A DNA stretch of 64,000 nucleotides from contig CAZGVE010000018.1 in the NCBI GenBank assembly GCA_964528845.1, forward strand, positions 1,052 to 65,051, written 5' to 3'. Source of the DNA: an uncultured Steroidobacteraceae bacterium. GTDB taxonomy: Bacteria; Pseudomonadota; Gammaproteobacteria; Steroidobacterales; Steroidobacteraceae. Under the pieces are notes generated by a model. That model was not told where the DNA came from, searched no databases, and worked only from the letters and a program-made list of their open reading frames with translations. The position numbers and the translations under genes were made by a program. Shown piece by piece: positions 36,978 through 46,142 of this stretch (position 1 is its first letter; every line of letters starts with the position of its first letter).

Positions 36978-37760
36978 CTAGGCCAGCTGCGCCGAGGGTA
37001 CCGCTACCGTCGACACCACGACCCCCGGAGCTCCGGCACCGATCGGCGTCACGCCGGTGAGCGGTGTGACGTTCGTGAGTGGTGTGACGCCCGAGACGGG
37101 CGCGTTCAGCCGCCCCGGGCGCTCGAGCCAGTCCAGCAGCGGTTGCCATTGCGCCAGGTCCTCGGCCACCTGATGCGGTTTCATCTCGTGCAGCCCCAAG
37201 CCCAGTTCCGAGGCACGCACGTAGTTCTGTGAATCGCGCAGCTCGGCGACGATCGGGATCCCGAGCGTCTCCAGGAACCTTCTGAGAGACTGATAAATCA
37301 GCGTGTTACGTCGTATGCGGTTGGCGATGATGCCGAGCCGGTTGTCATCGCGCCGCACCTTGGCGACCAGCAGCAGATTCTGGATGCAGCGCGCGCAGGC
37401 ATGGATGTCGATGTCCGAGGGCAGCACCGGCACCAGGATCTTGTCGGCGCTGCGCGTCAGTTCGGGCATGTCGCGCGCGTCGATCGCGGCCGGCGTGTCG
37501 ACGATGACGCGACCGGTACCGTCCGGGGTGCGCAGCTGAAACGTGCGGGTGGTGCGCAGGTCGCGCGCATAGGCGGCGATCAGGTTCACGCGCGGCTGCG
37601 TCTCCCGACGCTTGCGCACCCAGTGCTCCGAGGAGCCCTGAGGATCGAAATCCATCACCACCGGTCGCAGGCCGCGCAGCGCGAAATAGCTCGCGAGGTT
37701 GGTCGTGATGGTCGTCTTGCCTGAACCTCCCTTCGGGTTCAGGACGACGATGCGCTGCAT
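36978..37760 (-). CDS. Orphan ParA/MinD-family (type Ib-like) ATPase with a C-terminal repeat tail
   Basis: Deviant Walker A (VVLNPKGGSGKTTITTNLA), DFDPQGSS, Walker B-like VIVDTPAA. About 50 extra C-terminal residues contain VTPLT/VTPIG hexapeptide repeats. No parB-like gene lies adjacent. Confidence 0.85.
   Translation of the reverse strand: MQRIVVLNPKGGSGKTTITTNLASYFALRGLRPVVMDFDPQGSSEHWVRKRRETQPRVNLIAAYARDLRTTRTFQLRTPDGTGRVIVDTPAAIDARDMPELTRSADKILVPVLPSDIDIHACARCIQNLLLVAKVRRDDNRLGIIANRIRRNTLIYQSLRRFLETLGIPIVAELRDSQNYVRASELGLGLHEMKPHQVAEDLAQWQPLLDWLERPGRLNAPVSGVTPLTNVTPLTGVTPIGAGAPGVVVSTVAVPSAQLA
37045..37098. repeat. Three tandem 18-bp units inside the 3' end of the ParA-like gene
   Basis: The units are GGCGTCACGCCGGTGAGC, GGTGTGACGTTCGTGAGT and GGTGTGACGCCCGAGACG. 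They encode S-GVTPLT-NVTPLT-GVTPIG on the minus strand. Confidence 0.8.
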
Positions 37761-37973
37761 AACGTGCCCTGTCAGCTGGATATTATGTGCTCCGACGTCA
37801 GCCTACGCATCAGCCGCAGCCGCCGCAAGGCCCGCTGTTTCCTGGCCCGTGAACCCGCGCACGGCGCCCCGGCGACCCGCAGCCTAGCATTCGGCCATGG
37901 AAATCTTCCTGCTGCTCTGGGACGAAGTCGACGACTGGGTCGGGGCCTGCTTAAGCGTGCTGCGCCGGCTGGG

Positions 37974-38001
37974 TTGAAACTGCGGGGGACTGCCCCCATA
38001 C
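37974..38001 (+). promoter_or_regulatory. Sigma32 (RpoH) heat-shock promoter of htpG
   Basis: TTGAAA-N14-CCCCATAC compared with consensus CTTGAAA-N13-14-CCCCATNT. The -10 element ends 38 nt upstream of the htpG ATG. Confidence 0.7.
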
Positions 38002-38038
38002 CGCCGCTCTCCAGAGCAATCCCCGGGGCGGTGGCACC

Positions 38039-39934
38039 ATGTCGACGGCGCGCGAACAGCTGGCATTCCAGGCTGAGGTCCGGGAACTGCTGCAGCTGAT
38101 GATCCATTCCCTGTACAGCCACAGGGAAATCTTCGTCCGGGAGCTGATCTCCAACGCCTCGGACGCCAATGACAAACTGCGCTTCGTCGCGCTCTCGCAG
38201 CCCGATCTGCTCGGCGCCGACAGCGAGCTGGCGATCTGGATCGACCATGACGCGAAGGCCGGTACCCTCACCATACGGGACAACGGCATCGGCATGAGTC
38301 GCGAGGAGGCCATCTCGCACCTGGGCACCATCGCCAAGTCGGGCACAGCGGAATTCTTCCGGCGTCTCACGGGCGACCAGCAGAAGGATGCCCAGCTGAT
38401 CGGCCAGTTCGGGGTCGGATTCTATTCGGCCTTCATCGTCGCCGAGCGTGTGCAGGTCTACTCGCGCCGCGCCGACCTGCCGCCGGAAGACGGCGTGTGC
38501 TGGGAATCGACCGCCGACGGCCAGTTCAGCGTCGAGACCGTGGCGCTGCAGGAGCGCGGCACGCGCGTGGTGCTGCACCTGAAGCAGGACGCCCTCGAGT
38601 ATGCCGACGGATTCCGCCTGCGCACGCTGGTGCGCCGCTACTCCGACCACATCGCATTCCCGGTGCGGATGCGCACCGAGGACAAGGACGGAGCGCCGGG
38701 CACGGAGTACGAGGCAGTCAACCAGGCTCAGGCGCTGTGGACGCGACCGCGCACCGAGATCACGGACGAGGAGTACCGTGATTTCTACCGCCACATCGCC
38801 CATGACGGCTCGGATCCGATCGGCTGGAGCCATAACCGTGTCGAAGGCAAGCGCGAATACACGAGCCTGCTGTACGTGCCGGCACGAGCGCCGTTCGATC
38901 TCTGGCAGCGCGATGCGGCGCGCGGCCTGAAGCTCTATGTGCGGCGCGTCTTCATCATGGACGATGCGGAGCAGTTCCTGCCGCTGTACCTGCGCTTCAT
39001 CAAGGGTATTGTCGATTCCAGCGACCTGCCGTTGAACGTCTCGCGTGAGCTGCTGCAGCAGGATCGGGAAGTCGAAGCGATGCGCGGGGCACTGACGCGC
39101 CGCGCCCTGGAACTGCTGGCGCGGCTCGCGAAGGACGAGCCCGAGCAGTATGCGAAGTTCTGGCGCGAATTCGGCCGCGTCCTGAAGGAAGGACTGAGCG
39201 AGGATGCCGGCAACCGCGAACGACTGCTGCCGCTGCTGCGTTTCGCCAGCACGGTCAGCACTGGATCGGAGGAAAGCGTGAGTCTGGCCGACTACGTCGC
39301 GCGGATGCGCACCGGCCAGGACCGCATTTACTACCTGATCGGCGAGAGCCTGGAGGCGCTGCGCGCCAGCCCGCAACTGGAGCTGCTGCGGCAGAAGGAA
39401 GTCGAAGTCCTGCTGCTGGCCGACCGCGTCGACGAATGGGTCATGGGCCAGGTCACGGAATTCGAAGGCAAGCGCTTCAAGGATGTCGCGCGTGGCGAGC
39501 TGGAGCTCGGTGCGCTCAGCGATACGCTCGAACGCGCGCGCATCGACGAGGAGCGGCGCTCGGCCAAGGGTTTGCTCAAGCGCTTCAAGGATGCGCTCGG
39601 TGATCGTGTGCTCGAAGTGCGGGTCAGCGAGCGATTGCGCGACTCGCCCGCGTGCCTGGTACGCGGCGAGCATGATCTGTCCGGTGCGCTGCGGCGGGTA
39701 CTGGCGGCCAATGGCCAGGCGCTTCCCGCCGCAACCCCGGTACTCGAGCTGAATGTGACCCATCCGCTGGTGCAGCACATGGACGGGCTGGCGGATCAGG
39801 AAACCTTCGGGGATCTCGCGCTGCTGCTGTATGACCAGGCAAGCCTGGCCGAGGAGGGGCAGGTCGCGAACGGCCCGGAATTCAGCCGCCGGCTCAACAA
39901 GCTGCTGGTGCGGCTGGTCGGGACTGCGGGATGA
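38039..39934 (+). CDS. htpG: Molecular chaperone HtpG (Hsp90)
   Basis: [40 protein letters not shown]...[17 protein letters not shown], the canonical Hsp90 N-domain. 631 aa. Confidence 0.97.
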   Translation: MSTAREQLAFQAEVRELLQLMIHSLYSHREIFVRELISNASDANDKLRFVALSQPDLLGADSELAIWIDHDAKAGTLTIRDNGIGMSREEAISHLGTIAKSGTAEFFRRLTGDQQKDAQLIGQFGVGFYSAFIVAERVQVYSRRADLPPEDGVCWESTADGQFSVETVALQERGTRVVLHLKQDALEYADGFRLRTLVRRYSDHIAFPVRMRTEDKDGAPGTEYEAVNQAQALWTRPRTEITDEEYRDFYRHIAHDGSDPIGWSHNRVEGKREYTSLLYVPARAPFDLWQRDAARGLKLYVRRVFIMDDAEQFLPLYLRFIKGIVDSSDLPLNVSRELLQQDREVEAMRGALTRRALELLARLAKDEPEQYAKFWREFGRVLKEGLSEDAGNRERLLPLLRFASTVSTGSEESVSLADYVARMRTGQDRIYYLIGESLEALRASPQLELLRQKEVEVLLLADRVDEWVMGQVTEFEGKRFKDVARGELELGALSDTLERARIDEERRSAKGLLKRFKDALGDRVLEVRVSERLRDSPACLVRGEHDLSGALRRVLAANGQALPAATPVLELNVTHPLVQHMDGLADQETFGDLALLLYDQASLAEEGQVANGPEFSRRLNKLLVRLVGTAG

Positions 39935-39965
39935 TTCGAACAACGCGGTAGCAGGAGGAGCAAAC

Positions 39966-40367
39966 ATGAGCCATTCACCACCCGATGACGCGGATCTGCG
40001 TGCGCGCCTGACACCCCTGCAGTATCAAGTGACCCAGAAGAAGGGCACCGAACCGGCGTTCACCGGCAAGTACGCGCACAGCAAGGAGAAAGGCGTTTAC
40101 CAGTGCGTGTGCTGTGGCGCCGAGCTGTTCAGCTCGGATACCAAGTACGAATCCGGCTCGGGCTGGCCCAGCTTCTGGCTGCCGCTCGCGGCCGGGAACG
40201 TCCACACGCACGTCGACACCTCCCATGGCATGACGCGCACGGAAGTGACCTGCGCGACCTGCGGCGCGCATCTGGGGCATGTGTTCGAGGATGGGCCGCA
40301 GCCGACCGGGCTGCGCTACTGCATCAATTCGGCGTCATTGGATTTCACCGGCGGCAAGAAGCCTTGA
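39966..40367 (+). CDS. msrB: Peptide-methionine (R)-S-oxide reductase MsrB
   Basis: Two CxxC zinc motifs and the catalytic region ([27 protein letters not shown]...[16 protein letters not shown]...RYCINS). Confidence 0.95.
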   Translation: MSHSPPDDADLRARLTPLQYQVTQKKGTEPAFTGKYAHSKEKGVYQCVCCGAELFSSDTKYESGSGWPSFWLPLAAGNVHTHVDTSHGMTRTEVTCATCGAHLGHVFEDGPQPTGLRYCINSASLDFTGGKKP

Positions 40368-40996
40368 GTCCACGCGGCCTGCCGCCGGAGCCGGCCGTCA
40401 TCGACGGCCCGGCGGGCAGGCTGGAAGCGATCATCGAAGTCCCGTCTCTGCAGCCGCTGCGCGGCTTTGCCGTCACGTGCCATCCGCACCCCCAGCACGG
40501 CGGCACGATGCAGAACAAAGTCGTCTATACACTGGCGCGTGCGTTCCAGGATTCCGGGTACGCGAGCGTGCGATTCAACTACCGGGGGGTCGGGGCCAGC
40601 CAGGGCAACTACGACGAGGGTCGGGGCGAGACGGACGATGCGCTGGCGGTGATCGAATGGTGCCGTCGGCGCTGGCCCGCGGCGGCACTGTCGCTGGCGG
40701 GCTTTTCCTTTGGAGCGCTGGTCGCGCTGCGCGCGGCGGCCGTCGCGGACCCGCAGCGGCTGATCAGCGTGGCGCCGGCAGTGACCCGCGGCGACTATGC
40801 GCAGGTCCGGCGCCCGGACTGTCCCTGGTTGATCGTGCAGGGCGACGCGGATCAACTGGTCGACTATCGTGAGGTGCAGGCCTTCGCCGCGCGCTTCGTG
40901 CCACCCCCTGAGCTGCGCGTGTTGCCCGGGGTCGAGCACTTCTTCCATGGCCGGCTGCAGGAACTGCGCACGCTGCTGCTCGAAGCGCTGACCTGA
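40364..40996 (+). CDS. Alpha/beta hydrolase (COG2945-type)
   Basis: [16 protein letters not shown]...[12 protein letters not shown]...[11 protein letters not shown] (GxSxG-like nucleophile elbow). A TTG start overlapping the msrB stop was assumed, so the start is uncertain. Confidence 0.75.
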   Translation: MSPRGLPPEPAVIDGPAGRLEAIIEVPSLQPLRGFAVTCHPHPQHGGTMQNKVVYTLARAFQDSGYASVRFNYRGVGASQGNYDEGRGETDDALAVIEWCRRRWPAAALSLAGFSFGALVALRAAAVADPQRLISVAPAVTRGDYAQVRRPDCPWLIVQGDADQLVDYREVQAFAARFVPPPELRVLPGVEHFFHGRLQELRTLLLEALT

Positions 40997-41037
40997 GCGG
41001 ATCTTCCGCCCCCTCGCAGGGGCATGCGCCAATGCAA

Positions 41038-41068
41038 GAGCCCGGCAACCCTGAGAGCTGCCGGGCTC
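41038..41068. terminator. Hairpin terminator between the convergent hydrolase and HU genes
   Basis: GAGCCCGGCA-N11-TGCCGGGCTC, a perfect 10-bp stem. A second hairpin, ACGCAGC-N7-GCTGCGT at 41080-41100, lies on the HU side. Confidence 0.6.
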
Positions 41069-41143
41069 GTGTTCCAACCACGCAGCAATGATCGCTGCGT
41101 CAGGGCAGCGTCAGGGCTGCGTCACGACCGCGACAGGGCCGCG

Positions 41144-41455
41144 TCAGTTCACGAAGCCCTTCAGGTTCTTCAGCGGCAGCGCGCGCACCTTCTTGCTGGC
41201 AGGCTTGGCCTTGAAGGTGATCTTCTCGCCGGTGAACGGATTCACGCCTTCACGCGCCTTGGTGGCCGGACGCTTGACGACCTTGAGCTTCAGCAGTCCC
41301 GGCAGTGTGAACAGACCGTTGCCGCGCAGGCTCTTCTTGATGATGCCGTTGAGGGCCTCAAATACCTCGCTGACCTGCTTGCGAGTGAGTTCCGTATCCT
41401 TGGAAATCTGGGCCAGAATTTCCGACTTCGTCGGTGCCCCGCCTTTTTTTGCCAT
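41144..41455 (-). CDS. HU/IHF-family histone-like DNA-binding protein
   Basis: 103 aa from the internal ATG (MAKKGGAPTKSEILAQISKDTELTRKQVSEVFEALNGIIKKSL...GLLKLKVVKRPATKAREGVNPFTGEKITFKAKPASKKVRALPLKNLK). The beta-arm has the conserved R-N-P motif. Confidence 0.88.
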   Translation of the reverse strand: MAKKGGAPTKSEILAQISKDTELTRKQVSEVFEALNGIIKKSLRGNGLFTLPGLLKLKVVKRPATKAREGVNPFTGEKITFKAKPASKKVRALPLKNLKGFVN

Positions 41456-41695
41456 TGCCGAATCTCCTGGAGTGTGAGCGGACGCCTGTTTGGTCGACGC
41501 TGCGAGACCAAAATCTGCATTGATCGGCGCGCAACATAACACACCGCTGCGCCGAGGCAAATGCTTTTTGAAGCGACGAGAATGCGCAAATGCCTTTTTT
41601 TATAGGCCCGGGGCGCACCACCGTGTCACGGCAATGTCAATGCCTGCTCGAGCCGGACGCGTGGAGCCGCTGCCCGCGCGTGCAGCGCGCCTGAC

Positions 41696-42223
41696 TCAAC
41701 GCAGCAGAATCAGCAGCGTCTGTATCGCGATGCCGGCCCAGAGCGGGGATAGATCCAGACCGCCGAGTGGCGGAATGAGCCGTCGGAACGGGCGCAGGAC
41801 CGGCTCGCACAACGAGCTCAGCAGTCCGGCCGCAGGTGAATACGTGCCGGGTGCGATCAGCGACAGGGTCGCATAGAGAAGGATCGCGAAGAAATAGGTC
41901 CAGAGCGTTGTATGCAATATCTCGATCACCGCCAGGCGCAGCCAGGTCAGGGCCGGTGGCGGCCCGTAGCCACTGAGCAGCCAGGACACCGAGACCTCCA
42001 GCAGCGCGCAGATCGTGACCGCGACGCACGAGGCCGTATCCAACCGGCCGATGGCCGGCAGCAGCCGCCGCAATGGCACGATGACCGGGTTCGTCAGGTT
42101 CAGGATCGAGCGCGCGAGGGGGTTGCGGAAGTCCGCTCGCGACCACTGCAATAGCAGGCGCAGCAGGACTGCCAGCAGGCACAGCGACAGCAGTGTTTCG
42201 AGCAGGTAAATCAGTGCGGCCAT
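41696..42223 (-). CDS. yggT: YggT family membrane protein
   Basis: 175 aa, four to five TM segments with duplicated YGGT-type repeats (NPVIVPLRRLLP.../EPVLRPFRRLIPPLGGLDLSP). Located downstream of proC. Confidence 0.9.
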   Translation of the reverse strand: MAALIYLLETLLSLCLLAVLLRLLLQWSRADFRNPLARSILNLTNPVIVPLRRLLPAIGRLDTASCVAVTICALLEVSVSWLLSGYGPPPALTWLRLAVIEILHTTLWTYFFAILLYATLSLIAPGTYSPAAGLLSSLCEPVLRPFRRLIPPLGGLDLSPLWAGIAIQTLLILLR

Positions 42224-43057
42224 TTAGATTGAGTCTCGAATCTGCGCTGCGAGCTGTGCGGCGAGTTCGGCACTGCGCTGCGCCGCCGCCCCGAGCGCAC
42301 GTGCGACGAGCGCCTCGAATCCGCCTGCCTCGAAGCACCGCAATGCCGCTTCGGTGGTGCCGCCGCGCGAAGTCACCGCGGCGCGCTGGTCGCTGAGCGT
42401 ACCGCCGTCGTGCGCGAGCTGACCGGCCCCGTACAGCGTCTCGGTGGCCAGCAGCAGCGCTGTCTCTCGCTCGAGTCCCAGAGCGCACGCCGCCTGCGCC
42501 AGGTGCTCCGCCAGCAGGAAGAAATAGGCGGGGCCGCTGCCAGACAAGGCGGTCACGACGTCGAGATCCGGTTCCGCGCGCAGCCAGACGCTGCGCCCGG
42601 CGCTGGCTGCGACGATTTCAACGAGCGCGCGCTGATCGGGATGCAGGCCCGGCGCCGCATACAGCCCGGTTACCCCAGCCCCCACCAGGGCCGGACGGTT
42701 TGGCATCGCACGCACGATCGGCATCCCCGCCGGACACAGACGCGCGAGATCGGCGATGCGTACTCCTGCCGCGATCGACAGCAGCACCGGCAGCGGCTCC
42801 TTAAGTGCGCCGCGCAGTTCGCGGAGCACCCGGGCGATTTCCTGAGGCTTGACCGCCAGCACGACCAGGCGCGCGTCCCGGAGCGCGTCACGGTTGTCCG
42901 CCGTCACCGTGATTCCGAAATCACGCACCAACGCGGCGCGTACCGCGGCTACCGGCTCGCCAACGCACAACCGCGGCGCCGCGGCGCCGCGGCGCAGCAG
43001 ACCGGCGATCAGCGCGCGCGCCATGTTGCCGCCGCCGATGAAGCTGATGTCGTTCAT
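42224..43057 (-). CDS. proC: Pyrroline-5-carboxylate reductase ProC
   Basis: ISFIGGGNMARALIAGL Rossmann motif, then SGSGPAYFFLLAEHL...VTSRGGTTEAAL. Confidence 0.95.
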   Translation of the reverse strand: MNDISFIGGGNMARALIAGLLRRGAAAPRLCVGEPVAAVRAALVRDFGITVTADNRDALRDARLVVLAVKPQEIARVLRELRGALKEPLPVLLSIAAGVRIADLARLCPAGMPIVRAMPNRPALVGAGVTGLYAAPGLHPDQRALVEIVAASAGRSVWLRAEPDLDVVTALSGSGPAYFFLLAEHLAQAACALGLERETALLLATETLYGAGQLAHDGGTLSDQRAAVTSRGGTTEAALRCFEAGGFEALVARALGAAAQRSAELAAQLAAQIRDSI

Positions 43058-43082
43058 CGCGGCATTCTAGCGGCGCTGCGCT

Positions 43083-43808
43083 TCAAGATCGCGGTCCAAA
43101 CAGCGAGGTGCCGATCCGGACCAGCGTGGAACCGGCAGCGATGGCGTCGCGGTAATCCGCACTCATGCCCATCGAGAGAGTATCCAGCCCGAGATCCGGT
43201 CGGTTGATCTGCCGCTGCAGGTCGCGCAGCGCCGCAAAGCTGCGACGATTCTCATCCGCGCCGCGGCCCTCCGGCAGGATGCACATCAGACCGCGCAGGC
43301 GCAGTCGCGGCAGCGCGTGCACCGCCGCGGCGAGCGCGCCGACCTGCGCCGGCTCCACTCCGCCCTTGCGTGCATCGCCTGCGATATTGACCTGCAGGCA
43401 CACCTCGAGCGGCCGGGCGTGGAAAGGTCGCTGCTCGGACAGGCGCTCGGCCACCTTGAGCCGGTCGACGCCATGCACCCAGTCGAAATGCGTGGCGATC
43501 GGACGCGTCTTGTTGGCCTGAATCCGGCCGATGAAGTGCCAGGTCAAGCCGAGTTCCTGCAGCGCCTGGATCTTCGGCAGCGCCTCGGCGACGTAGCTTT
43601 CGCCGAAGTCGCGCAGGCCGGCCGCGGCGGCGGCGCGAACCTGCGCGGCCTCATGACCCTTGCTGACCGCCAGCAGCGTGATGCAGTGCTCATTACGGCC
43701 GGCGTCCCGCGCCGCGGCTGCAATCTGTGCGCGCAGCAGCGCCAGATTCGCGGTCAGCCCCGGCGCCGCAAGTGAATTCTGCGGAGCGATTAACATATTG
43801 GTTGTCAA
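43083..43808 (-). CDS. yggS: YggS-family pyridoxal-phosphate homeostasis protein
   Basis: LLAVSKGH (PLP lysine), HFIGRIQANKTR, LSMGMSADYRDAIAAGSTLVRIGTSLFG. Confidence 0.93.
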   Translation of the reverse strand: MTTNMLIAPQNSLAAPGLTANLALLRAQIAAAARDAGRNEHCITLLAVSKGHEAAQVRAAAAAGLRDFGESYVAEALPKIQALQELGLTWHFIGRIQANKTRPIATHFDWVHGVDRLKVAERLSEQRPFHARPLEVCLQVNIAGDARKGGVEPAQVGALAAAVHALPRLRLRGLMCILPEGRGADENRRSFAALRDLQRQINRPDLGLDTLSMGMSADYRDAIAAGSTLVRIGTSLFGPRS

Positions 43809-43894
43809 GGCCCTCCGCTATACTCCGACTGGCCTGTGCCATCCTACCGGACACGGGCATTCAACTGTCGCGAGACCAGCGAGGAAGAACCTGG

Positions 43895-44935
43895 ATGGCT
43901 GTCGACATCGCCCAATTGCTGGCCTTCGCCGTCAAGAACAACGCGTCCGACCTGCACCTCTCGGCCGGCGTGCCGCCCATGATCCGTGTCGATGGCGACA
44001 TCAAGCGCATCAACATGCCTGCACTGACCCACAAGGAAGTGCACGGCATGGTCTACGACATCATGAACGACAAGCAGCGCAAGACCTACGAGGAGTTCTT
44101 CGAGACCGATTTTTCATTCGAGATTCCGAAGCTTGCGCGCTTCCGCGTCAACGCATTCAACCAGAATCGTGGTGCCGGCGCGGTATTCCGCAACATCCCG
44201 TCGGTGATCCTGAGCCTCGATGACCTGGCGGCGCCGAAGATCTTCCGTGACCTGTGCATGCTGCCGCGCGGCCTGGTGCTGGTCACGGGTCCGACGGGCT
44301 CGGGAAAGTCGACCACCCTGGCGGGGATGATCGACTACTGCAACGACAACCGCCCGGACCACATCATCACGATCGAGGATCCGATCGAGTTCGTGCACGA
44401 GTCCAAGCGCTGCCTGATCAACCAGCGCGAGGTCAAGCGCGATACCTTAGGGTTCAGCGAAGCGCTGCGCTCGGCGTTGCGCGAGGATCCGGACATCATC
44501 CTGGTCGGCGAAATGCGCGACCTGGAGACCATCCGGCTGGCACTCACGGCGGCCGAGACCGGTCACCTGGTGTTCGGCACCCTGCACACCAGCTCTGCGG
44601 CCAAGACCATCGACCGCATCGTCGACGTGTTCCCGGGCGAAGAGAAGGACATGGTGCGCTCGATGCTGTCCGAATCGCTGCGCGCGGTCGTCTCGCAGAC
44701 TCTGCTCAAGCGCACCGGCGGTGGACGTATCGCGGCGCACGAGATCATGATCGGCACACCCGCGATCCGCAACCTGATCCGGGAAGGCAAGATCGCCCAG
44801 ATGTACTCCTCTATCCAGACCGGCCAGTCCGCTGGAATGCAGACTCTGGACCAGTGCCTGGCCGATCTGGTCGCAAAGGGTGCAGTCAGCAAGGAAGAAG
44901 CCCGCTACAAGGCGCAGAACAAGGACACGCTCTAG
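43895..44935 (+). CDS. pilT: Type IV pilus retraction ATPase PilT
   Basis: 346 aa (MAVDIAQLLAFAVKNNASDLHLSAGVPPMIRVDGDI...). Walker A is GPTGSGKSTT, followed by the Asp/His boxes and the AIRNLIREGK motif. Confidence 0.95.
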   Translation: MAVDIAQLLAFAVKNNASDLHLSAGVPPMIRVDGDIKRINMPALTHKEVHGMVYDIMNDKQRKTYEEFFETDFSFEIPKLARFRVNAFNQNRGAGAVFRNIPSVILSLDDLAAPKIFRDLCMLPRGLVLVTGPTGSGKSTTLAGMIDYCNDNRPDHIITIEDPIEFVHESKRCLINQREVKRDTLGFSEALRSALREDPDIILVGEMRDLETIRLALTAAETGHLVFGTLHTSSAAKTIDRIVDVFPGEEKDMVRSMLSESLRAVVSQTLLKRTGGGRIAAHEIMIGTPAIRNLIREGKIAQMYSSIQTGQSAGMQTLDQCLADLVAKGAVSKEEARYKAQNKDTL

Positions 44936-44980
44936 GCCGGTACCCCTCGAGGGAGCCGGTAGCCCGTACACGAGGCAGCA

Positions 44981-46135
44981 ATGGATCGCGAACAAGCTAT
45001 CAAGCTGATGCAGGAACTGCTCAAGCGGGTCGTCGAACGGGCGGCCTCCGACCTGTTCATCACCGCCGGCTTCCCGCCTGCGATCAAGATCGACGGCGAG
45101 ATCCGGCCGCAGATGGAGCGGGCGCTTACCTCCGAACAGTCCGCAATGCTGGTGCGGGCGATCATGAATGACCGGCAGACCCGGGAGTTCGATGCCAGCA
45201 AGGAGTGCAATTTCGCGATCGCGCCGCCCGGCATCGGTCGCTTCCGGGTCAGCGCATTCGTGCAGCAGAGCCATGTCGGTTGTGTGATCCGCCTGATCAA
45301 CGCGAAGATACCCTCGTTCGAGGAGCTCGAGCTGCCGCCGGTGCTCAAGGAAGTCGTGCTCTCCAAGCGCGGCCTGGTCATCGTCGTCGGCGGGACCGGA
45401 TCGGGCAAGTCGACCACGCTCGCCTCCATGGTCGGCTTCCGCAACGACAAGACCCGCGGCCACATCGTCACGATCGAGGATCCGGTCGAGTACGTGCACC
45501 AGCACAAGGGCTGCGTGATCACTCACCGCGAGGTCGGCGTCGATACCGATTCCTGGCACGCCGCGCTCAAGAATACGCTGCGCCAGGCCCCCGACGTGAT
45601 CCTGATCGGCGAGATCAGGGATCGCGAAACCATGGAGTATGGCATCCAGTTCGCCGAGACCGGTCACCTCGTGCTCGCGACGCTGCACGCCAACAGCTCG
45701 AACCAGGCGCTGGACCGCATCATCAATTTCTTCCCCGAGGAGCGGCGCGAGCAGCTGCTGATGGACCTGTCGCTGAACATTCGCGGCCTGATCTCGCAGC
45801 GGCTGATTCCGCGCGAGTCCGGATCCGGGCGCATCGCGGCGATGGAGATCATGCTCAATTCGCCACTGGTGCAGGACCTGATATTTCGTGGTGATGTCGC
45901 CAAGATCAAGGAAGTCATGGCGCGCTCCACCCGGATCGGCATGAAGACCTTCGACCAGTCGTTGTTCGAACTCTACGAACAGGGGATCATTTCCTACGAG
46001 GATGCACTGCGCAATTCGGATTCCAAGAACGAGCTGCGGCTGCGCGTCAAGCTGGAATCCAAGCGCGAGAGCAAGCCCATAGAGTCGGACGGCGAGTTGA
46101 CCATCGTCGAGGACCTGCAGGGCAAGAACTTCTAG
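44981..46135 (+). CDS. pilU: PilT-family ATPase PilU
   Basis: 384 aa. Walker A is GGTGSGKSTTLASM, and the PilU-type N-terminus is LLKRVVERAASDLFITAGFPPAIKIDGEI. It immediately follows pilT. Confidence 0.88.
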   Translation: MDREQAIKLMQELLKRVVERAASDLFITAGFPPAIKIDGEIRPQMERALTSEQSAMLVRAIMNDRQTREFDASKECNFAIAPPGIGRFRVSAFVQQSHVGCVIRLINAKIPSFEELELPPVLKEVVLSKRGLVIVVGGTGSGKSTTLASMVGFRNDKTRGHIVTIEDPVEYVHQHKGCVITHREVGVDTDSWHAALKNTLRQAPDVILIGEIRDRETMEYGIQFAETGHLVLATLHANSSNQALDRIINFFPEERREQLLMDLSLNIRGLISQRLIPRESGSGRIAAMEIMLNSPLVQDLIFRGDVAKIKEVMARSTRIGMKTFDQSLFELYEQGIISYEDALRNSDSKNELRLRVKLESKRESKPIESDGELTIVEDLQGKNF

Positions 46136-46142
46136 GCCGCGA

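Noticed and set aside
37897-37977. 26-codon ORF (MEIFLLLWDEVDDWVGACLSVLRRLG) upstream of htpG whose stop overlaps the sigma32 -35.
   Set aside because: There is no Shine-Dalgarno sequence. It lies upstream of the htpG heat-shock promoter, so it is not part of that transcript. It is too short to evaluate codon bias, so it cannot be supported from sequence alone.
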